Shown: one piece after another, positions 13,699-25,756 of the stretch
Layout: every line of letters starts with the position of its first letter
Position numbering within the stretch: position 1 is the first letter of the stretch
From: Camelus dromedarius
Taxonomy: Eukaryota
DNA: 64,000 nt
Reading direction: 5' to 3'
Assembly: GCF_036321535.1 (NCBI RefSeq)
Contig: NC_087447.1
Location: 51,462,001-51,526,000, forward strand
The notes under the pieces: model-generated
Database searches by the model: none
The model's input: the letters and a program-made list of their open reading frames with translations, nothing else
What the model was told of the DNA's origin: nothing
Position numbers and translations under genes: made by a program

Positions 13699-14667
13699 GC
13701 TGAGCTAGAACCTGTGGTTATGACCATAAAACTGAAGGGGTTTACAAAATCATCTCATCCCATTTCTCACATTTTATGAAAAAAGTGAGATTCAAGGGGG
13801 TAAAAGCAGATTATCCATGGACTCAAAATCTGTTAACAGTAGAGCTGAGATTAGTATACAAGATATTTCCACCTCAGTTCTTAGGACATATGAAAAATAA
13901 ACAAACCCACTTTAATAAACAGATTTACAAGCGACTATACTCTTTAAAATATTATGTTAAAGCTAGTGTCCTAAAATTCCACTACCTTTTTTTAAGGTCC
14001 AGACCTTGATTCTTAATCATTAATAAATATTGTGTTAAAGTCAAAACAGCAACTTCACTGGTATTTTAGAAAGTACTTTAAATAGTTAAAAATCAAGGCT
14101 TTCAGAAAATCCTACAGCATCAGATTTTTGAAATGCTGAGCCAACTTTCCAGGGCTTTAAACTTGTATAAAAATATTGAAATATCTCACATTGAGTTTTT
14201 CAAAAGTTAAGAAACTCCTACCATTGAGAGTTAACTTTAGAAGCCTTCCATACTCACCTAAAGGTCTTTGGACATTTTACCTTTTAAGTAAAAGACAAAT
14301 TCTGGCTCTGTCTCATGCATACTATGTGATCTCAAGGAAAAATGACAATTTGCTTGGCCCTTATCTGTATCTTAATTGATTTGATCAGGATGATTTTAAA
14401 GATCAAATGAGAGAAGATAAGTCCTGAGCACAGTAATAGGCACAAAATATACATAACACCTCTGAAATCCAACTTTAGGATTCTAGACTATTGCTTGAAA
14501 GCTACAAAAGAGAATCATGTATCAATAGTAATCATACGGATATGAGTCATATTTTGCAACTTTTAGGAGACCATTTTAAAAGTTAAGGCATCTTATGAAA
14601 TATAACATCAATTTATGCTAGATAAAGAATATTTCAGTAAAAGAGAAAGTGATTTACAAATATTTAC

Positions 14668-14759
14668 CTTGATCAAATATTTTTCCCATCTGTCTGCTGT
14701 AACAGATTTGCCAATCTTCCTCATCAACTTCAAATGGAGCTCCACCAATTCTTTTGGTA
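14668..14759 (-). CDS. RSF1: RSF1 coding exon 2, 92 nt
   Basis: Acceptor TTTTTTCTTCCTTTTAAG| (AG at 14761-14760) and donor AAG|GTAAAT (GT at 14667-14666). Joined to the phase-1 G of exon 1 it reads VPKELVELHLKLMRKIGKSVTADRWEKYLIK, the RSF1 continuation. 187+92=279 nt = 93 codons. Confidence 0.96.
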
Positions 14760-14995
14760 CTTAAAAGGAAGAAAAAATACTGTTAGCCAGCAAAATAAAA
14801 CATCTGTAAATATTTACGATTATAGAAAAAGAACTTTCCCCAATGCTGAATACTTTTTCAAAATAGATGTTGATTTAGTTATTTTTTAGACCTCTGAATC
14901 AGAAAAGAATAAACTAAGGCAAGAAATAACTGAAAACCACTTTCTTGAAAATGAGAAGGAATATTCATGTTTTCTTTCAAAACATCATCAAATAA

Positions 14996-15209
14996 GAGTG
15001 AACTCTAATGTAAACTTTGTACTTCTGGCTGATAATGATGTGTCAATGTAGGTTCATCAATTGTAACAAATGCACCACAGTGGTGTGGGATGTGGATAGT
15101 AAGCAAGATTGTGCATGTGTAGGGGAAGAGGATATTTGTGAACTCTCTATACTTTGTGCTCAATTTTTCTGTGAATCTAAAACTAATCTAAAAAATAAAG
15201 TCCATTTAA
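14996..15209 (+). mobile_element. L1MC1/2-like 3' end
   Basis: GTGAACTCTAATGTAAACT...GTTCATCAATTGTAACAAATGCACCAC...AATAAAGTC. Flanked by a near-TSD AAAACA(T/C)CATCAA(A/G)TAA at 14979-14995 and 15210-15226. Confidence 0.8.
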
Positions 15210-15839
15210 AAAACACCATCAAGTAAAGGCACTTAATTATACAACTAAAATTTCTACTCTACGTTTCTCTTAATACATATCTAGTTTCTCTATTGAGATT
15301 GCAGACCAAGACACGGATTCACAGAATTAGAAAGGAATCAAGGAATAAGATTTCAAGTTGACAGATATCTCAGAAACAGGCTGACGGTTTTCAACTGTTG
15401 CAGAAAACAGCTTGTCTGATCTATCCATTATCTAATATGCTGAATTTCTCTTTAGTATCCCTATAAGTCTTTGCTTGACAACCTTCAGGGACAGAAAATT
15501 TACTTAACCTACCAAAATTCTAATTACTAGAAAGTTACCCTTACACAAAGCAAAAAATCTGCCTCCTTACACCTTCCTCCTCTAGTTCTTCCTCTTACTC
15601 TCTAGTTTCAAAGAAAATACTTTCAATTCCTCTTTTATTGGAACCTTCAAATATCTGAAGATTGTTTTATCTTCTCTCAGATTTTCTCTCCCAACTGTAA
15701 ACAACCAGAATTCCTCCAAATATCCCTTGAGCAAGATCTGATTATGTGGTATAATTTTATTAATTAGACCTGAGGGAAATAAAGGACACACACATTTAGC
15801 ATTTTCTAAATAACAAATATTGCTAGTAACCTAAAAGAA

Positions 15840-16095
15840 ATTACAGGTATACTATCTAAAAAGTTTCCATAATCAAATACATTAGGAAAATGCTGGATCA
15901 AAAAAAAAAATTGTTTTTACCGCAGAGCTTCTTGAAGACTTAACTGATTAGTCTTACATGCACTACAAGTATCCAAGACAGGGAAATCATCTGCAGCATT
16001 CCCTAATGTATTTGATCGTGGAATCTTTTTTTGTGAAACACACAATATCTTGGAGTATACAAGCGCTCTGAATTACAGGTTAGGAAGTAATGTAC
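15840..16095. mobile_element. MER103C-like hAT MITE with an internal inverted repeat
   Basis: Arms 15865-15895 and 15994-16023 are reverse complements. The spacer TTTTTACCGCAGAGCTTCTTGAAGACTTAA resembles MER103C as recalled. Confidence 0.6.
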
Positions 16096-17954
16096 TAATA
16101 TTTTTCAGTCATTCTTCCAGACTCTCTATTCTCCACTAAAGCTACTCTTAACTTGAAATGACCTTGACATATAAAAATATTTTCTCATTCAACAAATTTC
16201 TATGGGTCCACTATTAGTAAGCAAGAAATAGTATCTCCCTTTAATGAGCCTCCTTAAAGAAGTCTTCTCAGAGGGGTAGATGGTGGGTGAGCTGAAGGTA
16301 AGCAAGAAAAGCACAGGAGGGGTGGCAAGTAAATAAGACAATTAAACTAAGCCAAAACCACAACGTATGGGATTGAGGGTGGAACAGAAAAAAACTGGGG
16401 AAAGACACTGCTTACAAAAGTAACAGCAGATGCAAAAGGCTGAAAAACAAAGTAAGCATGGAACTGGAAGCACCCAGAAAAAGGGTGTGAAAATGAAGAA
16501 TCTCATAAGGTCAAGCTACAACGTTTACATTTTATTTAAAAAGTTTAAGCAAGAGAGTGCTCTATAATTTAGAAAGATCTCAAAAATTGAACTGTAGGAA
16601 AACAGATTGCTTTCATTTGTTTATTTGTTTTAGGAGGTTAGAGTGCAGGGTACAGATTAGATACAAATTCAGGAAAATATCAATCCAGAAGGATGGGAAA
16701 AACCTGAAGTAAGGCAGAGGTAGTACCAAGAAAAGTGGGCAGATTTGAGAAATGTTTGGGAAACAAATAATAAAACTTATGGACTGACTGTGCAAACTGA
16801 AAGAGTCAAGAAAAACCAAGGCACTGGCTTACACAACTGAGTAGATGCCAATGACAATACATCAGGAAGAAAAAGAGCTGGGCTCAATTCTCAGTTCTAT
16901 CACTTAAGGCAAGGAGACCATGATTCTGGTCTAGTTCTCTCAACACTGACTTTGAAATTCCTCATAGCTGCATTGGCTCTCTTACAGTTTAAAAAATGCA
17001 AAATATTACACAAAGCTAAAACACCATTATTTTTATTTCTGTCATGATATCTGGGGAACCAAGGTCAGTTTCAATTTCTCCTTTTCCCCTTTTCCCCCAA
17101 ACACAGTAGTTTTGTTGATTCTGCCTTCCTACATCTCAAACCTGCTCCTGATTCCCCCCAATTTCTCTAGAATATCACTGTTATCTTCTCATTTCAGTAA
17201 AACAGGTATAGATAGTTTCCTGTAACTGTAACCAAACCAATCTTTCTAAAAATACTGCTTTCGTTTCACTTCCCTGTTCCTAAATATCTTTTATGGCTCC
17301 TAAATACCTATATAAACTCACCCATATTTCTCACCCTAGTCTCAGAGTCCCAATACTCAATCTCAACCTAACTCTCCAATCCTCTCTTACTTCTGCACCA
17401 GAATCCTTGATTTAAATCATTCTGGCCTGTTAACTGAGTATACCCCGTTCCCTACCTATCGGGCTTTATTCAAGCCCTCCAGCTTACTGTTTTCCATCAC
17501 TCAAATAATAGCCATCTTTCAATGTCTGGCCAGTAGGAGTCCCAAAGTCTCTGAGATAGCTTTCTAATGTTTCTAACATCCTTGTCCTTGGAATGCCCAT
17601 GGTATTCATGTTATCTGTATCATTCATTTAACAGTTGGGAAAAAAACTTGGCACTCATTTTTTATGCATATCCTCCATATCACAGATAAATGAAATCACA
17701 AAAATTTTGATACAATTGGTACTACTTTTAAAAATCCAAGAGGACAAAAATAAATATATGCAATAATTATGCTTTTCATCCCACTTTGCAAAAGCAGTCG
17801 TCGTTCATTTAGGCATGTAGAAACGGACTATATGTTACTTGATTTCCTTATTAGAGCCTTTGCTCTTGCACAGCACCGTCCAAAAGAATATAAAAAGAAC
17901 CACAAAATTTCAAACTCTCTAGCAGATCATTCACAAAAGTAAAAAAAGGTCAAA

Positions 17955-18486
17955 ATCAATTTTAACAACATATTTTATTTAACACTACATATCCCAGTGT
18001 TATTTCAACATATAATCGGCATTTAAAATTTTAGATTTTTACATTTTTACTTGCTATTTTTCTTATTCTATTTTAAAACTGAAATATAATTGACATCACA
18101 TAATATTAGCCTCGGGTGTACAACATAGTGATTTAATATTGTATACACTGCAAAACGATCATAGTAAGTCTAGTTAACATCCATCACCAAACGGTTACAA
18201 TTTTTTATGAGAACTTTTAAGATCTACTCTCTTAGCAACTTGCAAATATGCAGTACAGTATTATTAACTGTAGTCACCATGCTGTGTATTACATCCTCAT
18301 GACTTTTTATTTTATAAGTGGAGTTTGTACCTTTTGCCCCCTTTCATCTATTTTACACTTTTTGGGGGGTACTTAGTATTCAAAACATATTTTACACTTA
18401 CAGTACATCTCAATTCACACTAGCTGAATTTCAAGTGTTCAAGGACCATGTATGGCTAGTGGCTACTGTATTGGATCACACAAGCT
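17955..18486. mobile_element. MER33-like hAT MITE interrupted by a minus-strand L1 3' end (about 18070-18350)
   Basis: TTTTACACTTACAGTACATCTCAATTCACACTAGC...GCTAGTGGCTACTGTATTGGA (MER33). AGATCTACTCTCTTAGCAACTTGCAAATATGCAGTACAGTATTATTAACT (L1). Confidence 0.75.
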
Positions 18487-18538
18487 AGCATATTTAAAAC
18501 TAAAATTTATAACCCATAATTTACTAACAATTTACTTA

Positions 18539-18655
18539 ATTTTTTTTGGTAATACAATTGACATGTAACATTGTATTAGTTTCAGGTGTACAACACAATG
18601 ATATGATATTAGTATATACTGCAAATGGTCACCACAGTTAAGTCTAGTTAATATC
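18539..18655 (-). mobile_element. Short L1 3' tail
   Basis: Poly-T then TTAGTTTCAGGTGTACAACA. TSD CAATTTACTTA at 18528-18538 and 18656-18666. Confidence 0.75.
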
Positions 18656-18814
18656 CAATTTACTTATATTTTTTGTTACAAATAGAATTGACAGGCTAAT
18701 AGCCTTACAGATACTTGTAGCTCTTAATATTTTGTCCATCAATAAGAAATAGGCAAAAACGTCAATAGGAAAATTAATGAAAAAATTACATTTCCCACAC
18801 TTTGTATTCTCTAA

Positions 18815-19018
18815 AATAGTGCGTATTCAATAGACCATTTTATGATGATGGAAATATTCTATATCTGCACTTAGCAAAATAGCAGCCATTAGCTACACGT
18901 GACTAGCACTTGATGTGTGGCTAATAAAACCGAGGAACTAAACTTTTAATTTTGCTTATTTTTAATTAATTTAAATAGCTACATGTGGGAAAGGGCTATG
19001 GTTTAGAGCAGTGCAGTT
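18815..19018 (+). mobile_element. MER3-like hAT MITE
   Basis: TGATGATGGAAATATTCTATATCTGCAC...GCAGCCATTAGCTACACGTG...GAGGAACTAAACTTTTAATTTT...TTTAAATAGCTACATGTGG. Confidence 0.8.
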
Positions 19019-19865
19019 GTAAATTATCAGTCAAATTTTTAAAACACATGATCATTTTCTAAAACATGCACTGACAATCTGTAAATTCACTTATTTATCA
19101 CTTGGAACATTTCCTAAATCTCATTTCCAGAACATTAGGTAATTGCTAACTTCCTTCTAAGAATTATCTATTAACCAACTACATGCCATTCTGAAAAATG
19201 TAGGTTTTGTCCCAAGTGAACCAAGATCTCTACCTTTTCACATAATAGATTTGATACATAACCTTTAACAGACCTGTTTCTTTCACAAGGCCTCAGGAAG
19301 GTGAAAGATTCTGAAGCAGAAGAAAAGGTCAGGCACTGTGTGAATTCATGCAGGGTCTGCTGAGATGATGCAGGTACAAAGACTGTATACCCCAAACTAT
19401 ATAGCGAAGACTATATACCCCAGACTATATTACCGATCCAATCACCCAAAGATGTTCTACAGTTTGACATTTTCCTAGGCATCTGTCCAGCACCAAGCCT
19501 TAAGAATGCTGCTACTTAATTCTAGTTTTGTTACTTATAATTTGCTTTTTTAATGGTAGAAATTTACAGCAGCTCATAATAACTAAATGACATAATTTTT
19601 CTCATTTTTCAATAGTTTTTTACTTATACTTCCTCTATGCTTATAAACAAAGATACACTTAGACTCACAAAACAGTTGATTTTATGTAGGCCACTGATAA
19701 AAGAACATTGATTTCAGATGCAGTGATTGAAACATAAGCTTACAATAAGCTTTTACTTACTGCCCAGTTTTTAAAACTCTGGGGAGCACAGTTTTAGCTA
19801 TAATGACACTGGTTCCACAGTCCACTTGATCCTTGAAATAGCTATTATATATTTATGTACCTTAC

Positions 19866-19903
19866 CTTCAAAGAGTTCATTTAATCAATCATCCTAAAGT
19901 TTT
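19866..19903 (-). other. Candidate 38-nt cassette (poison) exon in RSF1 intron 1
   Basis: CC-T14-CC-T5-AG acceptor, AAG|GTAAGG donor, and an in-frame TAA when spliced to exon 1. Usage is not demonstrated. Confidence 0.45.
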
Positions 19904-20719
19904 CTAAAAAGGAAAAAAAAAAAAAAGGTTCAAGACTGTAAACTGTAATTTAGGCCACTATCTGAAAAGCTATAGTTTAAAATGCCAGGTAAGTATAATA
20001 TAAATCACTAAGCTCAGATTATTACCATTAAGAAAAAAGTAACTCAGAATAGCTGTTGTGTAGGCAGGTCCATTTGGGTTTTGACTTTCCTTTAGAATCA
20101 TATTGCTGTTCCCATATAGGTAGAGAAACACACCGAACATGGCTCAGTTTATTTCAGAACCAAAACTGTGAGCACATCTCTGCTACAAAGAAAGTAATCA
20201 GTGTACTATAAACATCAGCATGACTGGAGGCTGTGATAACCAGCATTCAGCACTCCTTCCTGAAGGAGAAGGTAAATGTTTGTAGAGAGGAAAGGCCTCT
20301 AAGTAAGACGATGTGAGCTACTTTCAAGAGGGTTACTCAAGTTTCCTTGTACGTACTTAACAGTGTCCAGCAGAGGGAATCTGAGGTACTTGAGGCAACA
20401 ACTTCCAATACCACATGCCTCCAACTCTAATCAGATGATCCTATTTCCCTACTCTCTTTTCTTTCTACTCAATTTAGTAATCATTGGAGGGATATTAGGG
20501 GGATGGGTAGGGAAGGATAGAGAGAAAAGCTCAAAACAAATTAAAAAAAAAAAAAGAAAGAAATAGTGATATCACAGTAGCTAAGGAAGAGGAGTGATTT
20601 TCCCTCAACATTTTTTTTTCTCCAATAATTTCAAATCTAAGGAAAAGATGAAGACTAGCACATCCTTCACCTAAATGAACCAACTGCTAACATTTTAGGT
20701 AAACATTTTTACATAGGGT

Positions 20720-21340
20720 AAAACCAGGGTCAAAAGGCTGTCTAATAAGGAAAAGACCACAAAGAAGCAGCCAAACAAGCCAAGGAAGGGAAGGACATGC
20801 CAGGCAGAAGGAAATACCTGTAGAGAAGTCCTGAGGCAGCTAAAAGCTTCCAGTGTGGCAGGAAAAAGAAAGTGGTGAAAGATGCTGCTGAGGAGGTGGG
20901 CAAAGGTCAAACCTTATAAAGCCACGTGGACTATTTAAAGAGTTTCCATTTTATTTTATGTGTAATGAGAAATCAAGGGAGGAATTTGGGAAAGTTTCCT
21001 GCTCTAAGTTTTTTAAAGATCATCCTGTGTCTAGGATCTGCTTCATAATAATCTAAGCGGCAGGGGGCAGATAGGAGTTATAGACCAAACAAAATTATGA
21101 AACTGCACTGTATCTGGGTGATGAGCGCTTGAAACCACTATACAACTTTCTAATTTTGTGTAAGTTTTACATTTTCATAATTTAAACAGTTACAGGGGCC
21201 GTGGAGATCTCCTTGGCTGCTCTCTGAGAAATGAACTGGAGGGAGGGAAACACGACTAATTAGGAGGCTAGTCATACATCAGGCAAGAGATAATGATGGT
21301 TCAGACTAATGTGGCAGTAGAGATGCAGAGAAGTATGCAC
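20720..21340 (-). mobile_element. L2 fragment interrupted by a short old L1 3' end (about 21025-21190, plus strand)
   Basis: CATGCCAGGCAGAAGGAAATACCTGTAGAGAAGTCCTGAGGCAG...TTTTAAAGATCA / TGGCTGCTCTCTGAGAAATG...CAGGCAAGAGATAATGATGG. Confidence 0.6.
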
Positions 21341-22454
21341 AAGGAAAATTGTAAAATCTAAAACATTTCAAAATTTCTAAAGAATTTTCTAACAAGCATC
21401 TTTGCCAATCTTTGAAGTAACTATTATATATCTATCTTGCATGATTTCTGTTTGCTCATTTTTAAAAGCAGAAACTATGGCTTTTCATTTGATTACATCA
21501 TGGTTTAGAAAGGCAACATATACACATCGACACTTAATAGTAAAGTCAAATAAATTATGTGTATCATAACTTATTTCTCATATTCCTCATCATTTCAAAT
21601 GTTCACATTGCACTTAAAAGCCTGCACTTAATATTGCAACTAAGTATTTTTTAAAATTGTGATTTGTATATAATGAAAAGCACTAGAAAAAATCAGGAGA
21701 AAGAGGTGCAAACCTCAATTTTCTCATCCATAAAAGGAGTTGTACAAGATGATCTAAAGTCCTCCAGCTCTAATACTCGATGCCCATGTCTAAATAACAA
21801 ACACAGCAGCAGTCAGTCATGGGATTTAGAATTTTTGAACTGAAAGCATACTGATAAACTAGAAAACTTAGCAACTAAGATGTGATGTGAAATGTCCAAG
21901 ATCAAAGAGAGACCAAGCAAGATTCCAGAACTCTGGCCTTCCAATCCAAGGCTCTACCTAATGTTTCTTAAAGTATCAAATGGATGAACAGTTCAGAAGA
22001 CCTAACTTAAGAACCAAGCCACCGTTTCTGCACAGCTACATATCTGGGTTTTGATCCCAGGTTGCTCCTGACTTTGCACTCTGAGGCATTATCCATTTCT
22101 AAAGCTAAATAGTTGCTGTGACAACAGAAAGACTATTAATACTCCTCCCGATCCATTCTTTCTTTTTTCAACAGCTTTACTGAGATGTAATTTACATACA
22201 CACACTTCATCCATTTAAAGTATACAAATCGATGGGTTTTATATTACATGATTATTTTTTAAACCGTGGTAAAATATAAATAACATAAAATTTGTCATTT
22301 TAACCATTTTTAGTGTACATTTCAGTGGTATTAATTACATTCCAATGTCGTGCAACCATCATTGCTATTTTCCAATCTATTTTTATTTTAAACAGTCACT
22401 TCACTTCCAAATTGCTCTCTGGAAAATCTAAAATGATAAAAGCAAAGTCCACTA

Positions 22455-22677
22455 CAGTATATATTCTCAAAGAAGACAATACTGCCCTCAAGGGAGCAAA
22501 AACTGGTCCTTGAAGAGGACAAAAAAATCTCAGATAATGGTTTATGGTTCTTGACAACTTAACTCTGACAAAATCTTATTCCTTAGTATTTAATTTCTCT
22601 TGCTAGAGAGAAATTAAAATTAAATTAAAATTTTCTCTTGGGGGTGTGATCATGAAAAAAAAGGTTGAGAAACACTG
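22455..22677. mobile_element. Non-autonomous hAT-Charlie element (subfamily not assigned)
   Basis: Ends in AAAAAGGTTGAGAAACACTG (Charlie-type terminus), with a degenerate CAGT...TTCTCAA at the left end. Confidence 0.55.
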
Positions 22678-24555
22678 TGCTTTAGAATTCAAAAGCGAGC
22701 ATTGTTAGTCAAAATGTAAAGCACTACCTTAAAAAATACTCAACCTGCAAAAGATCTTGCATTCCACTGAAACCCAAGCCAAGTTGTAAATCACCTTGCT
22801 ACCCTACAAGAACTAATTTTATCCATAACGTTAAACAAAATAATGGATAAAATGTCACAATTTTAATATTTAAATATAGCAGAAAATCAAGCACCCCAGC
22901 TAAAAAATTGTTTTAAGTTACACCAAATGCGGAGAATTAACAGAGAATAAGAACTAAGTATAAATAGGAAAAGAAAAAAGAAAGAAAAGATAGGCTCTTT
23001 GACATCATATAGTCTTAATTATCTTTACAGTCTCACTTTGTAATTATCTATCACCTATCTCCTCTTCTTCCTCTCTCCCATTCTTAGACCTAAACTAGAT
23101 GAAGAGCCAGAACCATCTGCTTTTATCATTGCTGTCTACCCAGCAGAGTTCCTGGTTCACTCATATTTGATAAACTATAACAGGGATAAGAAAATAAAGG
23201 AGAAGGAAACCAACAAGAGAGAGGGAATGAGGAAATTTTAAAAGTTCTGCAGACAGCCAAAAAAAAAAGAGTCCTTTTAAGGTGTGAAAGCAAAAATTAT
23301 CTGAACAGTATGCAGACAAATGATGAGGAAGATGAGATGAAAAAGACAGCAAAAGTGGCTTTAGATTTTAGTTTATTGTGTGAGCCATCTGGTGATATCA
23401 ATAGCCCAAGACAACTTATTTGCAGGGTTTTATTTCTCTTTTTCTCTCCCTTTTGAAGGGAGGGATGGAAGGTGAATGCTCCCATAGGCATTTGTATACA
23501 GGAGTAAATAATGAAGTCTACACATAACTAAAGAAATACCTATATGGTGATCTCCTAACACCAGACCTCTATAAAGTGCCAGACTTCTCTATTTTCATCG
23601 TATATGTTTCATAGTATTTAAAAACTTATAAGCACACTAGAAGATGCCTTTATGATTCAACACCATGATTTCAGGTGTTATAAAATCAGTTTGATGTTTT
23701 TTTAAAGACAATTCTTCAAATCTGTGAACTTAAATTAAAAGAACTCCGTTTCTTTATAAAATGTAGGTTGTCTTTACTCCTTGCTTACAAGTGATTGGTT
23801 CATACTTTTCTTTCAACCCACATTCACATCACAAGCAGAGACAACTAGATGAGTAACATACTATGTCATGTTATGGTTTCCCGAAATCTTGGCAGAAAGG
23901 ATAAAAAAATGGGTTTGTTGTAATTTCTACATTTATTTCAATAAATGAGAAAATGTATGTGAAAACATTTTATAGACTATAAAGCAATATACAAACCAAA
24001 GTTACTGTTATTCACCACCAGATGGTGATCATGTCTTACTTAAAGCAAATGCTGACATCTTATTTGGGGGCCAGCTGCTGAATGCTAACACTGATCAATA
24101 AGCAAACCAGTTTGTCTAAACAAAATATTCGTGATTTTTAAGCATGTTCTATTGAAACATCAGCAAAACATCAGCAATTGCACAAGCAATAAAAAACATG
24201 TTCTGCCTCAAGACTTCAAAGGAATTGATACGAACATTTGATAACTCTTGAATTTAAGGAAAAAGACAACAGGATATGTGTTTCTGTCAGTCTTATATGG
24301 GTTATGTAACCATTTATCCATTCATATCACCTCGACCCATCTCAATGTGTTCTTTTAAAGCAAATTCCAGATATCACAGTTTCATACATAAATATTTCAC
24401 TGTGTATCTCCAAAGGATAAGGACTCTTAAAATAAGTGTAATGCCATTATACCACCTAAAATTAGTAATTCTTTAATGTCACAGAATTGCCAATTAAACA
24501 ATTTTAAAACACCTTCAATTAATCAATAAATAAAATTGCATTTTACTTTTACTTC

Positions 24556-24970
24556 TGTAGCAGATGATGGCAGCATCTCATCTTTATCCCCTCAACACTT
24601 ATATTCCAATACAGGCCAACCTGTAAGCATGTCCAAGTCTTTACATGACGGTTTCTTCTGACTACAGGGCAGGGGAGTTAACCATTCCTGGGAGCATCCC
24701 TAAGCCAGTAACTGACAGAAGCTCCTTCACCCCTTTGCAGGAATAAATCTGAGATATGATCTATGCTATCTTTCAGCTCAAATGAAGGATTCAGTCCCAG
24801 TTGCCTATAAAGTAACTTACTTAAAAACACAACCTGTATTGGCTTTTTCCCCCTCCCGATCTCACTTCCCCTGCCCTTGTCAGTGTTTCCTGGCATCGAT
24901 TTCCAAATAAACTATTTACACTTACATTTTCGTCTCAAGGTCTGCTGCCCGGGGAATCCAACATAAGACA
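24556..24970 (+). mobile_element. LTR16-like ERVL solo LTR
   Basis: TG...CA termini and CCAAATAAACTATTTACAC...TCTCAAGGTCTGCTGCCCGGGGAATCCAACATAAGACA. Confidence 0.75.
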
Positions 24971-25058
24971 ACCCCTTAACTTTGAAGGAAAGCTATGGAC
25001 ATCATAAGAAAATGTAAACATAAAAATTTCTGCAAATATGTTCAATGAGTTTAGAGAT

Positions 25059-25224
25059 GGGGGAGGGTATAGCTCAGCAGTAGAGTGTGTGCTTAGCATG
25101 CGTGAGTTCCTGGGTTCAATCCCCAGTACCTCTGTAAAAATATATATATATATATAAATAAACCTAATTATGGACCCCTCCCACAAATAAATATAATAAA
25201 CTGTACAAAAAACAAATCTTTTTT
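25059..25224 (+). mobile_element. tRNA-Ala-derived SINE (Vic-1-like)
   Basis: GGGGAGGGTATAGCTCAGCAGTAGAG...GGTTCAATCCCCAGTACCTC with an AT-rich tail. TSD TGAGTTTAGA at 25046 and 25225. Confidence 0.9.
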
Positions 25225-25603
25225 TGAGTTTAGACACAACCCAAAAGACATAGATATATTCCAGTTTAAAGAACCCTTCTTCATACAGGTTCAAAATAGC
25301 TGGTATCTTAATTATGCGTTTGAAACTGTTCCATTGAGATTGTTCAGTTATGTTGAAATACTAATATCTCCACCCCTCATTCTTCATTGTTGGCAAGGAA
25401 GCATCACTATCTCAATATGGGTTCTTACATGTATAAAATCTAATCCAACAAAAGTACAGCAACTGTTGGCTTAAGTGTCTACACTTTAAAGAAAAACAAA
25501 TGTTCCTAGAAGAAGTTTACTAAGACTGGGTCCCTTGGAAAGCCAGAAAAATGTGAAATTTACAATTATTCTCTCATTTATATATGACTTTCAATGGATT
25601 TTT

Positions 25604-25756
25604 AAAAATTTAATTTAATTTAATTTTAAGTTTTTTGGCAGAGGGGAAGTAATTAAGTTTTATTAATTTTATTTTTAGAGGACGTACTGGGGACTGAACC
25701 TAGGACCTTGTACTTGCTAAGCATGTAGTCTGCCACTTGAGCTAACCCTCTCCTTC
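25604..25756 (-). mobile_element. tRNA-Ala-derived SINE (Vic-1-like)
   Basis: Reverse-complement head. 13-bp TSD TCAATGGATTTTT at 25591-25603 and 25757-25769. Confidence 0.88.

Noticed and set aside
14252..14332. Strong minus-strand donor TAG|GTGAGT (GT 14257-14256) with a possible 73-nt exon
   Set aside because: The only nearby acceptor is a weak GAG inside a MIR-like remnant; an isolated donor motif is expected by chance.
1..14667. RSF1 exon 3 (expected to start ICQEFNSTWAWEM)
   Set aside because: No matching minus-strand sequence found by eye; it probably lies left of the window.
19379..19430. Two 24-bp direct repeats with a 28-nt period
   Set aside because: A simple local duplication with two copies only. 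Not CRISPR-like, and no function is evident.
25059..25132. tRNA-Ala gene candidates in the SINE heads
   Set aside because: All carry AT-rich tails, TSDs and stem-disrupting substitutions, so they are SINEs.
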